From Squalus acanthias (taxonomy: Eukaryota): a DNA stretch of 64,000 bases. Below, in pieces: positions 37,460 to 50,039 of the stretch. Position numbers and translations under genes: made by a program. Every line of letters begins with the position of its first letter. Position 1 is the first letter of the stretch. The notes beneath the pieces were generated by a model. That model was not told the DNA's origin, searched no databases, and worked only from the letters and a program-made list of their open reading frames with translations. The stretch is taken from NCBI GenBank assembly GCA_030390025.1, contig CM059449.1:36270001-36334000 (forward strand), given 5' to 3'.

Positions 37460-40170
37460 ATGAACGAGAAAGAGCCATGGACATGAACTTAGAGCATCTG
37501 AAACTTCACTTGGAGAAGCTCAATGTTAGTAATGTGGTATCTGAAAATAAGACGGGAACTCTGATTGGACTGCTGACACCGCACTGTGAAGACCCATTGG
37601 TTCCTGATCGGCAGATGGCCATGTGGGTTGGTTTGTGCCTCTCCTTAGTGCCTCCGGGGGGCGCCAACGGGTTGCAAATCCCATAGCGCCTGGGCGCGGC
37701 GCCACTAACGCCTCCCGCAAAACTTAGCGCGAGGTTAGCTACGGCGGCGTTAACCAGTAGTGCCCTGCGACGCTGCGCTGCTAGCGATGACGTCACCACC
37801 GTGCGCAGTGATGCGCTTGCGCCCCAGCCGCAAAGTTCCTATGAGTTCCCTGACCTATCGCCGGACGATATGTTGGATAGGATCAGGGGGCGTTTTTGCA
37901 GCGGCAGCGGCGCTACTTAAAGGGCTGGTGTCGGGCTTCATTTTTATTTTGGCTAACTGCCAGCACCTGCCCCCTTTCCCTTTTTTATGCAGGTTGCCGG
38001 CCGCGATCGCTCAGCCCGGCACTCCACTTGAGTGTTGGGCTGTTTTCACGGCACCCCGCTCCCCATTGGGCCAGCAGGGCCCTGTTCGTACAGCGCTAGG
38101 CCCCGCCCATTTAATAAGGGGAGGAGGCCTGCAATGACGCGGCACCTGCTCGGTGCACTACTACTGAATTTATGGTGGAGGAGCATTACCTTTGCCGGGT
38201 GATAAAATTAGCGCCCCAGCGACGTTAGCGCTCCAAAAGGGGCGCCACCCAATTTTTCCCACTTTGTACATAATCCTGTCCATTCAGTTATCGTACGAAG
38301 GTACCAATCTGGATCAGCAAAATGATCAGTTCGTGGCACTGAAAACAATCAGAGAACAGTTAGTTAACCCTGACACTCCAGGCCTCTTTCAAACATGATG
38401 TCAGATCACAGAGGTCATTTCCAAGTGTTTGCCCCATGACCAGCTGGGCATCTTGCTCTTCATTGTCTTCAAAGGACTGTCCGACCAACACACCAGCTGT
38501 TCCAGTGCAGCCGCTATGCTCATGCGAAGCGTCATTAAAAGATGAGTCAGTGAACCTCTGGATCAGATATTTGACATGCTGAGGATTCAATTGCAATCAT
38601 TTCCTGACGAGGAGGTGAAACATTTCAGTTCTGAGTATTATCGCCATTCTGGTCTTACACAGCACAACAGTCGTGTCCTGTCTCCTCACCTACCCTGTCC
38701 CTTTGGAGAAGTACGTCAGTGAAGTGTGGAGATCACTGGCTAAGGACAAAGAATGTGCCATGAGTACAATGGGAGAGTTGCTGGACACACTGAATAAACA
38801 GTTACCATTTGGGATAAGCAGAACCTGTCCGATCAGTGAGAACGTGACACAGTATTCGACCCTCGAATCCCTGGCTGCCATCTGTGGAATGCACCAGATG
38901 ATAATTAAGCCCGAGTCAGCAAAGGCGGTGACTTTGTTATTCCCGCAGTTATTCAGTGCCCTGCTCATTCATCTCAACTCTTGCGTTAAAGTTTCTCTGC
39001 TCAATGGTTTTGCCCCTGATGGTAAATCGAACCAGATAGAATGCTCAGCTGAATTTCACACATCTGGTAATAGATATGTGTATGTGAACTGTGTGGAGAC
39101 AGTAAAGGAGCTTCTAGCTCGGACAAATAATAAAGCAGGAGCTAATTATATGGTGATGAGTGGAGGATGTGACCAGATGATGAACCTCCGCAAATTCGAC
39201 AACGGGGTTGTCCTGCTGGCCAGAGAAATGGTGGAATATGTTGGCCTCAGCCTACCTGGCATTGTGGTACAGCTGGCAGCTCAGATCCTTGCCGTCCAAG
39301 ACTGTCAGGCAGTCACCGTGGTTTGCTTCTTTAGAGAGCTGTTAAACTCTTCTGTGTGTTCACAGCTTCAGCTCACAGACATCCTGGTGAGCAGATTACT
39401 GAGGTGTTTTCTCTACTGCTGCCCAGTTGCCCCGTTGCTGTGTGTCAGGGCCCTGTGCATCTTTACAATTGGAGCTTACAGCTGGGTCTCATAAAGTGAT
39501 GGGCAAATTGATTAGTCTGTTGGGGGAACAAGGAGAACCAGAATGAGGTGCTAATGGTTGTGGTGCTGTCGTGCCTCTCGAAGAGCTTAATTCAGTTGAG
39601 AGCAAACACCATCCAACTCCTTGTAGACAAAATGCTCGCAAATATTCAACCACTTTTCGAGGCTCAGTGCGATAAAGTGCAGGTTGAAGCAATCTTTGTG
39701 TTGCTGCTCTTTACCAAGTGTGGAATCGAAAGTTCCAGTTGCTTCTAACCAGGTGCGGTTGATGTTGGACTTGGTTGGTAGTGAATAGGTCACCAGGTGT
39801 TGTAGTTCAACACTGCAATTGGTTGTCCCCTTATTGGATGAGCGAGGCTCCCTCATCAATAGAGAACTATCTAGGGGATCCCAACAGGAGCTACATTAAC
39901 TTCCTCAGAGACCACTCACTGCATTTGTTTCAAGATTTCCCCGACAGGATCAATTCTTACGCCATGGATTATGTGTCCGTCTTCCACAACCCCAAGGAGC
40001 AGCTAGAAGCACACGCAGTAGCTTTTTCAACTTTACTTTGCCAACAGTCAGAACGTATCCCACCCGCCTGGAGGGTCACCTGGTGGATCAGCAGCGTAAT
40101 GAACTACTCCTGTCTCCAGCATAATGAAGCCTCAACACACCCCTCACCAACCTTCTCCACCTCCTCTTCT
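37459..40170 (+). pseudogene. MROH1: MROH1-like (maestro HEAT-repeat) processed pseudogene, C-terminal region, split by an insertion
   Basis: ERERAM..LIGLLTPHCED, LSIQLSYEG, VWRSLA, LESLAAICGM, LFPQLFSALL, GVVLLAREMVEY.G..LP, ELLNS, IQPLFE, QDFPD align colinearly with the MROH1 C-terminal part as recalled. No introns; stops at 38396 and 39492 plus frameshifts; ATTAAA at ~40232. Confidence 0.88.
37627..38260. mobile_element. ~630-bp CpG-rich non-autonomous element inserted in the MROH1 retrocopy
   Basis: Interrupts contiguous RQMAM / LYIIL coding sequence; repeated TTAGCGC and GGGCGCC motifs; right end CCCAATTTTTCCC. Confidence 0.7.
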
Positions 40171-40324
40171 TAGCAGCAGTCTGATCATTCTTTCAACATG
40201 ACTTTTAAATTTGTAATTTTATGAATTGTAATTAAATAGATATCTTGTTGTACCATTGGAACTATCGGCCGATCTTCAAACGTTGCAGGTCCCGCTGCTG
40301 TGTGACTGTGAGTGAAATTTCCCG

Positions 40325-40815
40325 ATGTACACACACTGACACACACACACAAACCCTCACCCTAATATTCACACACACTCACGCAGAGTCACCGTAATAC
40401 TCAGACACTCACACAGACACAGCTTCACACACTCGCACACACACACATACACCCTCACACTCGCACACACATCCTCACACAGACACTCTCATACTCCCTC
40501 ACACACACCCTCACCATAATACACACACACAGACTCTCTCTCACAAACACACACTCACACACACAGACTCAATCCCTCATCCTCACACTCACACAGAATC
40601 TCACACTCACACATACACACACACCCAGCCACAGAATCACGCACTCACACACACCCTCACCCTCACCCGCACACACTCTCTCACCCTCACTTACACACTC
40701 TAATAGACTCATACTCATACACACCCTCACACACATTCACACATACCCTCACCCACACACAAGCTCATATATACCCTTACCCTCAAACACACCGTCACAC
40801 TCACACACACACAAT
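40325..40815. repeat. (CA)/(CT)-rich low-complexity repeat
   Basis: Degenerate CACACACTCACACCCT runs. Confidence 0.95.
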
Positions 40816-41364
40816 TCTGACATTAGAGACAAATCCTGCCCCTCAGTCCATGCAATTCCTCGCTGAATCACGATGCTACTTTATATATAGACACAGTTCC
40901 CATTCGCTTTCTAACTGTCCTGTCATTTGCTTGCGGACGGCTTTTGGGCCTTGTCGGTGCAGTGCAAGTGGCCTATGGATGCTCTGGTGAAGCCCAGCCG
41001 ACCTATGGGCTGGAAGCAGAAAGGTTAGGAGTCGGGGGTGAAGTCTGCTAGTTATGCCCAGTACTGCTATAAAATGGCGGTCGGGCTCCTGCACGCCACA
41101 GGTCCACGATTTGTATATTAAAATGGTCCGATTGCATGATTCAGGTGACCCGCTCTGGGTGTCCTAGGCTGTCCCGCTCCGCTGCCGTAACTTCACCAGA
41201 GGTGCGACCTTGTATCGAACGACAGCAACCGACCACTCACACCGCCCTGGGTCCGACGACCTTGGCCCTCCTCGCTGGCATTCACTACAAGTGCAGCCGA
41301 TGGAGAGAGGAGCACGGGCCAGGGAGGGAGAACGGGAGAAGGGGGGAGGGCGGGAGCTTTGAGG

Positions 41365-41925
41365 AATACAGGGGGCTACTGGAGCCGGGGGTTACACGAG
41401 CCAGGGTCTGCTGATACAGGAGCGGGGGAGGGTGTGGGTACAGGAGCTGGGTGGGGAGTGTACAGGATCCGGGGGCTGGGGGGTGGGGGGGGGGGGGCGG
41501 CTGCAAGAGCCAGTGGGTACAGATGCCAAGGAGTACAGTAGCCATTGAGGATAAAGGACCTGGCGGATGCGGGTACGGGAGCCAGGAGTTTTCACAAGAG
41601 CCGGGGGGATAAAAAGCCCCGGTGGATGAGGTTACAGGTACCAGGAGGCGGTATAAGAGCCGTGTGGGATGGCTACTGGAGCCAGGGGGTAAAGGAGACG
41701 GGTGGGGTTCAGGAATCGTGTGGTAGATGTGCAGAAGACGGGGCCACAGCAGCCGAGGGGGTAAAAGACCCGATGGATGGAGGTAGAGGAGTTAGGGGGC
41801 GGTAAAAGATGCGGGGGTGGGGTACAAGAGCAGGGGCGCTGAGTGCTACAAGACCGGGGGTACAGGAGCCAGGTGGGGGGTGCACAGAAGCCGGGGTTGC
41901 AGGAGCCAAGGGGGATACAGGGGCT
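41365..41925. repeat. G-rich degenerate ~20-bp minisatellite
   Basis: Recurrent GGGGGTACAGGAGCC core. Confidence 0.85.
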
Positions 41926-42049
41926 GACACTGAGACACACAGTACAGTACCAGACAGGAGTGAGTCATTCCATTTTACCCGCTATGTGTGCGGTACATAC
42001 ACAGGTGCTGACACTGAGACACACACGGACTGTACAGTACCAGACGTTG

Positions 42050-42390
42050 TGTGTAAAAAGGGCTTTAAATCTTGATGTAAAAAGTGGTTTCAAAAAGTGG
42101 GTAAAAGTGGTTGTGAAAAGGGTTTGAAAGGAACTTCAAATATGGAGGTTGAAAACAGGTTCAAAATGGGTGTAAAGCAAAAAGGTTTGATGGGGGGAAT
42201 AAAATAGGCATTTGTTGATAGGTTTCAAGGGAGGCTAAAAAAGGGGTTTTAAAAAGCTAGAAATGGGTTTTCAAAGGAAGGCTAAGGGTGTCCAAAAGGG
42301 TTTAAAATGTGTTTTGAACGTAGGTTAAATGGGGTTTAAAACAGGTATAAAAAGAATTCGAAGGGCTTGAAATAAGGCTTAAAAGAGGGC
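42050..42390. repeat. Low-complexity AAAAGGGTTT-type repeat
   Basis: Recurrent AAAAAGGG(G)TTT(A/C)AA. Confidence 0.7.
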
Positions 42391-42419
42391 AAGGGGCCAT
42401 TGCTCGCACAGGAAGTGAT

Positions 42420-42850
42420 CTCACTGCATAGCTATGACAGGCAATATGGCCGCCGCCGCCAACTTCCCCTTCCACATCCGCCATCTTGAAAATACACGGA
42501 AGTAACTCACGCGTAGACGCGCAGCCAAAATGGCTGGGCTCTCCCACTCGGCCGCCTGTCCTGAAGTCAGGTGACTCCATCTCCAAGAGTGCACCGCGGC
42601 CGGTCTCTCCATCGATGGGGCCTTTTCCGCGCCGTGCTGCATTGTGGGAAGGCGGGGCCGCCATCGCCGCCTCCGTTGGACTGGAATTTATTATAATTAC
42701 TTCTCAGGTGGCAATCTGTCCCTGAGTAATGTGGAAAAGGGGGACCCCCTTCCCTCTGAATGAGGCAGAAAGTGGATCAAACTCTCATATTATTAAAAAT
42801 CAAAAACCCAGAATTTGTATTGTGCGACATGAATGATTATTTGAATAATA
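42420..42850 (-). promoter_or_regulatory. CpG-rich promoter and first-exon module, copy 1
   Basis: YY1-type CCGCCATCTTG and AAAATGGC, ETS CGGAAGT, ZNF143/Staf-type TTCCCACAATGCA (- strand); on - strand CAAGATGGCG start and a GTGAG donor near 42425. Confidence 0.6.
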
Positions 42851-43139
42851 TTCTTACGTGACCCGTTGTCAAATTTTGTTTCATAACATTCCTGTGAAGC
42901 GCCTGTAGAGGTTTTGCTACATTAAGTGCGCTGTTCAAATGCAAGTTGTTGTTGCAGTATTGGTATGATCACTGAGGGGAGATGACGAATAATATACTTA
43001 TGCTAGATATGGCTTTGTTGCGTCGGCAGAGGGTATCTACTTTATTGAAGTGCAGGCTGAGAGGGGATGTGCTTGAAGTTTTTTAAAATGATGAAGGGAT
43101 CAGACGCAATGTGTTTATTTGAAATGGATGCAACATGTC

Positions 43140-45340
43140 ATAGAGCCATAGAGTCATAACTGCACAGAAGGAGGCCATTCGGCCCATCGAGTCGGTGCCG
43201 GCTCTCTGTAGAGCAATCCAGTCAGCCTCATTCCCCCGCTCTTTCCCCGTAGCCCTGGAAATTTATTTCCCTCAAGTGCCTATCCAGTCACCGCTTGAAA
43301 ACATTTGAGTGTCTCCGATTCCACCACTTCCGTTGGCAGCGAAATCCTGAACATCACCACTTGCTGCATAAAAAAGTTTTTCCTCACATTCCCCCCTGTA
43401 TTTCTTGCCCGAAACCTTAAATCTGTGACCCCTAGTCCTTCTACCATCAAATAATGGGAACAGCCTTTCCCCGTCAAGCCTATCCAAACCCGTCATAACC
43501 TTATACTCCTCCATCAAATCACCCCTCAACCTCCTTTGCTCTAACGAAAACAAATCCAGCTTCCACAACCCGTCCTTGTAGCTAAGATCCCCCATCCCGG
43601 AACCATTCTGGTAAATCTCCTCTACATTCGCTTAAGGGCCTTCACATCCTTCCTAAATTGTGGTGATCAGAACTGGACGCAATACTCCAGTTGTGGCCTA
43701 AGCAGCGCTTTAAAAACGTTCAGCATAACGTCTCTACTTTTGTCCTCAATACCTCTATTTATGAAGCTCAAGATCCCATATGCTTTGTTATCCACTCCCG
43801 AAATATGTCGTGCCACCTTCAGGGACCTATGCCCATTAACTCCCAGACCCCCCTGTCCCTGCACACTCTTCAAAACTGTGCCATTAGTTGTAGATTGTCC
43901 TTACACCCTTTCTTGAACAATGGTGTCAAATTTGCCACTTTCCAATCCTCAGGCACCTCCCGCGCATTTAGAGAAGATTGGTACATTATGGCAAGCCCTT
44001 CGCTATTTCCTCCCCCAATTCTATTAGCAACCTGACATGCAAGCCATCTGGACCAGGCGACTTGTCCACTCTATGCATACACAGCCTTTCTAGTACAAGC
44101 TTTATATCAATTTTGACCCCTTCCATTGCTTCTAACTTTTCCACTTTTACTGATATTTTGTCAGCATCCACCTCCTTAGTAAACACCTATACAAAGTACT
44201 CATTGAGTATTCTAGCCTTGCCCTGCACCTCTAAGCATATATCACCTTTTTTGACTCTAATAGGCCCCACCCCGCCTCTTACTACCCGCTTACTGTTTAC
44301 TTGCTGGTAGAAGATTTTTGGGTTCCCTATTATGTTAATCACCATTGTATGGTAATATTCTCTCTTTGCAAATCTTATTTTCATCTTCACATCCCCTCTC
44401 AACGTATTGTATTTGGTCTGCTTGTCACTTGAAGAATTCACCTGACATGCATCCTACACGCTGTTTCTTGGTTTCATCATCTTCTCTATCTCCTTCGTCA
44501 TCCTTGCTTTGGTTCCCTTAACCTTCCCTGTTGTTGGAATGCACCTAGCCTGTTCTTGGAACATCTCATCCATAAAGATCACCCATTGTTCTGTTACTGT
44601 TTTTCCTGTCAATTTTTGGTTCCATTTTACCCTGGCTAGATCCTTTCGCATCCCATTGAGCTTAGCCGTATTGCAGTTTAGAAGTTCCACTCTAGATTGT
44701 TCCTTGCTCCTCTCCATTGCTAATCTAAATCTTATGATACGATGATCACTCGTACCCAAGTGTTCTCCCAGAGACACTTGGTCGACCTGGCCAACCTCAT
44801 TCCCCAGCACCAGATCCAGCAATGCCTCATTCCATGTTGGGCCAAGAACATATTGGTCAAGGAAATTCTCCTGAACACATTTCAGAAATTCCTCCCACTA
44901 CTTTCCCTTTAACCTACCATTATCCTAATCGATATTTGGGTAATTAAAGTCCCCCAATATCACCACTCTATAGCTCTTGCATATCTCTGCGATTTCCCTG
45001 CAGATTTGCTCCTCTACCTCCCTCTCACTATTTGGAGGCCTATAGAATACGCCCAATAGCGTGATCATACCCTTTTTGCTCCTCATATCAAACCAAATGG
45101 ATTCTATCCTTGTCACCTCAAGAACATCCTCCCTTTCCAACACTACAATGTCTTTCTTAATCAGCACTGCCACCCCACCTCCATGTGTTCCTTCCCTACC
45201 TTTTCTGAACACCTTGTACCCTTGAATATTAAGTGCACAGTCCTCACTGCTTTTAAGCCACGTTTTCGTTATTGCCTCAACTTCATATTGCCACACGGCT
45301 AATTGTGCGTGTAGGTCACCAACCTTATTCACCACACTTT
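43140..45340 (-). mobile_element. CR1 LINE with endonuclease and 3' end; RT core deleted
   Basis: AITKTWL, GGGVAVLIK, GVFYRPP, ILGDFNYPNID, LDLVL, SDH, KSPGPDG; jumps from PLFKKG to the post-RT region near 43895. Confidence 0.93.
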
Positions 45341-45659
45341 GTGTGGGGTTTCTGAGAGTCGGTGAGTGAGGGGTAGGGAGTCTGAAAGTCGGTGACTAAT
45401 TGAGTTCTAGAGCAAAACAATTCCTTCGACACTTTAATATATTCCTTTCAAGACAGAAGAAAAGTGCTCTTATGTATCAGTGTGGTTTCCCCGAGCTTAT
45501 TCAGTCTTTCTCATTGGCTGTTAAGCGCTTTAGGAAGTCTTGAGGTCGTGAAATGGGCTATATAAATGCAATTATTTCATTGTTTCGAACTTGCCCGTAT
45601 TCAATCCAAATCCAGACAGTCAAGGTTGCTTCACACAATATTGTGTGGGTGCAGTGGGG

Positions 45660-45702
45660 GGAAGAAAGAAAGAAAGAAGGAAAGAAAGAAAGAAAGAAAG
45701 GG
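45660..45702. repeat. (GAAA)n microsatellite
   Basis: Direct reading. Confidence 0.9.
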
Positions 45703-45798
45703 AAATATAAAATGTCAAAGAACTATTAATAGAATTAGACAATACACGGTGATAGTTACTGGATAACCTAAGGCTGAGTAAGACAGAATTGGGAGAAG

Positions 45799-46712
45799 TT
45801 ATTTTAATAATTTCGCTAACTTAATAATTAGCTCAAAGGGACTCTTAATCACATTCACCAGCTGCCCTCTGAATTTATTCTGCGCAACTGCATAAATAAA
45901 TGTGTTTGTGCAGGAACTCAAACTCTGAAGCATGTATCCAGTATCTTCCATGATGGCGAGAGGGTTATCGGAAGCTGTGAACATGAACTGAATATGTACA
46001 ATTTGTACACAGATATAATATGTAAAAGTTACCAACCATAACAGGATAAAACTGCCTGAGATGGCAAGCAGTAAAATTATGGATTTTCTCCGACTCTCTA
46101 TCTCTGGATCTTTGTGATTCTCAGTATTGTTATTGCCTCTGAGTCCCCTCCTGACTCTACTGGCCATCAGAATGTGCCTGATGGTCAAAACATTGAACAA
46201 CAAAATCAGAACAAATGGGGCGAATGGTGTTAAAACAATGTCAAACCAGTAGAATGCCGTCCACACAGGTGAGGTATAGAAGCTTGATTTAACTGTACAG
46301 AACCACGATTCGTTGTCAATTATTTCCTGATGTTCAATTGTAAAGTACATTGGAATGTTTTCTACAAAGATTAGCCCACACACTGTTGCTATAACGACGG
46401 CCGCCGTCTTTTCGGTGCTATATTTGACTCTCAGCTTCTGGGAACAAATGGCCACAAATCGATCCAAAGTGAAAGAGACTGTTAACCAGACGGAACAATC
46501 AATGGCAACAAAACGTAGGGCGAGGCTTATACTGCAGATAGAAGTGTAGTTCAGAAATGAATTTGTGAAATAAATATTATTAATCTCATACATTATCACA
46601 TTAACAATAATGAACAGTAGATCCGCCGCAGCCATGGCAAACAGGTAACGAGTTATGCATTTTGAGAGGCCGCACTTTCCTCGGGAGAGAATCACAATTG
46701 TCATTAAATTAG
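45799..46712 (-). CDS. GPR139-like: GPR139-like class A GPCR, exon 2 (end of TM1 through C-terminus)
   Basis: Open 304-codon frame after acceptor CTCTCTCTTGCAG. AMAAADLL (TM2), SVWLTVSFTLDRFVAIC (TM3), ECL2 Cys, PFVLILLFNVLTI (TM5), SFILLW (TM6), LSSCTNTFIY (TM7). Confidence 0.95.
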
Positions 46713-47559
46713 CTGCAAGAGAGAGGAAAAAAATGAAAATAAGCGATTCTCACGACAAAAGGATTATCATTGTTTAAAAATGAGTAACAAGTATTGCGGT
46801 TTCAATCAACTCGTTCTGTCCTTATATGGATTAAATGGATCATTCCCGAGCAAAACAATTCTTTATCCAGACACATTAATATATTCCCTCCAAGACACAA
46901 AATGAGCTGTTATGGATCAGATTGTTTTCCCGGACTTTATTCATTTTATATCGGTTTTGTTACAAAGTTTGCTTCACACAATAGTGTAATAAACACAGGC
47001 ACTGTAGAGCAACATCCATACATCCCCTGCAGCTTTACTCTAAATTGCTGTAATGAGAATGTGCACCGCACACACAGACCTGGCGCATTTATTATAAATA
47101 ACCTGAGGGATACATTGTACCGTCCAGTTGTGTGATAATTGGACTCACAATGTGACACTTCATACAGTGGATGAGGAAACAGATGGAAATCATTGGAAAG
47201 GTGTTGCCCCGGTACATGCCCTGTGAGTAATGATGTTGGTCAGGTGGCTCTGTGCAACGTTGTATTAAGGCACAATGTAAAAAGAAAGAATTTCACACCG
47301 GACTCGCAACTAGTTACAAACAGCTGAAATTAACCGCGTTAAAGCAGTTTGGCACATAGATGCTTGGACATACTGGATGCGTTTCCGTAAAATACCAATT
47401 CATAGTCATTACTGGAAACACGCATTTTACAACAGAACAAAAATATTTTAATCGCCTGTTTGACAAGTAGATTACATAAAATGGCCGAGAACTATTGCAA
47501 TGACACGTCAGCCCATGGAAGGTTCACTGGCTCCTTGTAACATGGAGACAGATATATAT

Positions 47560-47842
47560 AGAAACATAGAAACATAGAATCTAGGAGCAGGAGTAGGCCA
47601 TTCGGCCCGTCGAGCCTGCTCCACCATTCAATACGATCATGGCTGATCATCCAAATCCAGTACCCTGTCCCCTGCTTTAATCCCCACAGTACACATATCC
47701 CACCCTACCCCCGTAACCCCACATATTTAATTCCCCCTAACATATCCCATCCTATCCCCATAACCCCACATATTTAATCCCCCCCTAACACTAAGGGTCA
47801 ATTTATCATAGCCAAATCAACCTAACCCGCACATTTTTGGCC
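47560..47842 (-). mobile_element. CR1 3' tail and SINE-like fragment in the GPCR intron
   Basis: (ATAGAAAC)n tail, AGGAGCAGGAGTAGGCCATTCGGCCC, then AAGGGTCAATTTATCATAGCCAA..CCTAACC. Confidence 0.7.
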
Positions 47843-49036
47843 ATATAATAGATCACTAGTGCTCAGTAACAGGTGTTTACAGGGTATCTCATGGACCCAG
47901 AGACGGCAGGCGTCCGGGCCAAATGGCGTGTTTATCCACACAAAGTAGGACCAGTTAAATAACGTGTTTCTCGTCAACCCAGACAATCGCAACTGAGCAA
48001 TATGGAATGGGCCGCACCCCATCCGATATTCAGTTCCATTGGCTTCAATCCGGCGTCCGATTGGCTAAGATCCGCATCTCCGAAGAGGAAATTACAAAAA
48101 CACTGAGTCCTTTTCGCGCTACTTCAGAAGTCCGATTTCAGTCATGATTGTCCAAATCCGTACCTCTGCTCCACACAGAATGATATTTCTGCTCAGGGAC
48201 ATGACCCGCCATTTTCCTGCAACTTTAGTGCTTCTTCGGGATGTGCCAGGGAGCCTGCCCTGAGCAGGCAGTCGGTAAATGGCCAAGGTTCGGATTGTAC
48301 TGAGGCGGGGTGGACTCTTTAGTCTAGGTCTCACCGCCCTGTTGTACCTCATGGTCTGTGCCACAACAGAGGGTGGCGAGGAGGGGGACTGAACTGCAGG
48401 CAAAAAATTGGCATTGCGATCTGCCCCGGAGTCCTGCTGATCCAGATCTCTGGCACAGTGGGGACAGGCAGAAGATTGTAATCTAGGATTTCAGAGTTAG
48501 TCAATACCATCCTCAGCATCCTTAAATCTAAGCGAGAACCCCAAGCTGCCGGTGGAGATCGGTAGCCAGAAGTTCCTGTTCCCCGAGATCAGAAACTGGC
48601 ACGGCCGGCAGGGTTCCGATTGTCTTCTCCGGACAGTCCGTGTGCTTGTTCTCTGCTGCCCACAAACCATTTAAGTGGAAGGTACAGCAAATAGTGTCGA
48701 TCCGAGTGCTGGAAAGCAACAGTGCAATTTAGATTGGCTACACCTGCCGAGTGCTGTGACACGGGAGCCAATAATCTGCGTTAATATTATGACCGAGAAT
48801 AAATTGTTACAATTGTAGATTTTGAAACTTCTGAAAAAATCCTGTTATCCGTCTGATGCTTAGATTAAAAAAATGTTGCGATATGTGATCAAGTTCCTCA
48901 TTTATCTGATATCAGAAACTAATGACCTTACATCAAACACATCAAAACAAACAAATGGCTGAATTAGACAGACAGTAAGAACAGTAATACAGTTAACACT
49001 GAGACAGGTTATGGATAACTGTATGTAGTGACTTAC

Positions 49037-49106
49037 CAGGGACACCAACCATTGCCAAAATAGGATAGTAAATTGCCGATATTTGAACAATTATAGGCCG
49101 CCCCAT
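49037..49106 (-). CDS. GPR139-like: GPR139-like GPCR, exon 1
   Basis: ATG at 49106 gives MGRPIIVQISAIYYPILAMVGVP plus G, then GTAAGT. The phase-1 join to exon 2 gives ...YYPILAMVGVPANLMTIVILS (327 aa total). Too short for the ORF track. Confidence 0.92.
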
Positions 49107-49178
49107 TTACTCTGAGAGGTAACGTTGGCGGTCGGTATGATTGACACACGGATCAAACATCTTCAGATCAAACCTTCC

Positions 49179-49184
49179 TTTATA
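49179..49184 (-). promoter_or_regulatory. Candidate TATA box of the GPCR gene
   Basis: TATAAA on - strand ~73 nt upstream of the ATG. Confidence 0.55.
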
Positions 49185-50039
49185 TCAGAGAGAAATCTCA
49201 AGTATACAGAATAATTGACATTAGTTACAGTCATTGAACAAACAGATTAGGTAACTGCTTCACTGTAATACTGATCTGGGAATAGATTATTTTAGTAACA
49301 TTCCCGAGTGAATTCAGAGAGAATAATAGCCTAAAATATTACTGCTTGTTTAGGTTAAAAATATTACTAAATCTCCACTTCTACAGCACTGGTGCATTCT
49401 ATTCCAATACAAGATATTTATTTCATCAGATCTGTCACATTGTCTTGGATTCTTACGGTGTATTTAGTCAAATAAATGCATCCATTTATATCACCTTAGT
49501 CTAATATGGATAATAGAAAGACGGGAAATATAAGCTATACTTGTTTAATGTTGTTCTCTGCAGAGTTAATGTATAATACGTTAATCTTACACAGTTTGAT
49601 ACAAACTGCACAATAGGCTGTGTACAGTAGTTAGTCTGTAAAAGTTAGATGTGCCCTATCATAATGATTTAGTCAGATTTGAAAGCACTTGAAGTGAGCA
49701 ACACCTGACCTGAATCTGACCTGATTTGCAGCTTCATGTCTTTAGAATACCCCTTGATCCCCCAGAGCAGATGAGCCCCTTGGCAGCTGCTCGCACCTGT
49801 CAGCGGGAGTAGAAAGCCAGCTACTGCTGAAGGACAGAGAAACCTACAACAGTCAGAAGACCCCCAGCTCCGAGCCTGCAAAGGGTTCCTGTTGTAAAGG
49901 AAGGCCAACACCATTCTAGTCTTCTTCACTTTACTTCCTGTGACTCTCACACCCACTGATCTGTGGGAGGTGGTGTGAAGGCCACAAGAGTGAGCTGCGG
50001 CCTCGTCATTAGGGCAACTTTGAAACTAAAGGAAAAGGT

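Noticed and set aside
38673-39494. 273-aa ORF as a functional HEAT-repeat gene
   Set aside because: It is an internal piece of a longer MROH1-like sequence with stops, frameshifts and an insertion, and starts at a non-ATG codon.
41285-42127. Pro/Gly-rich ORFs
   Set aside because: Translations of the G-rich minisatellite.
45799-49106. True GPR139 ortholog
   Set aside because: Short N-terminus, GKCGLSKC loop, lost TM6 proline and a local paralog point to a lineage-expanded relative; a phylogeny is needed to settle it.
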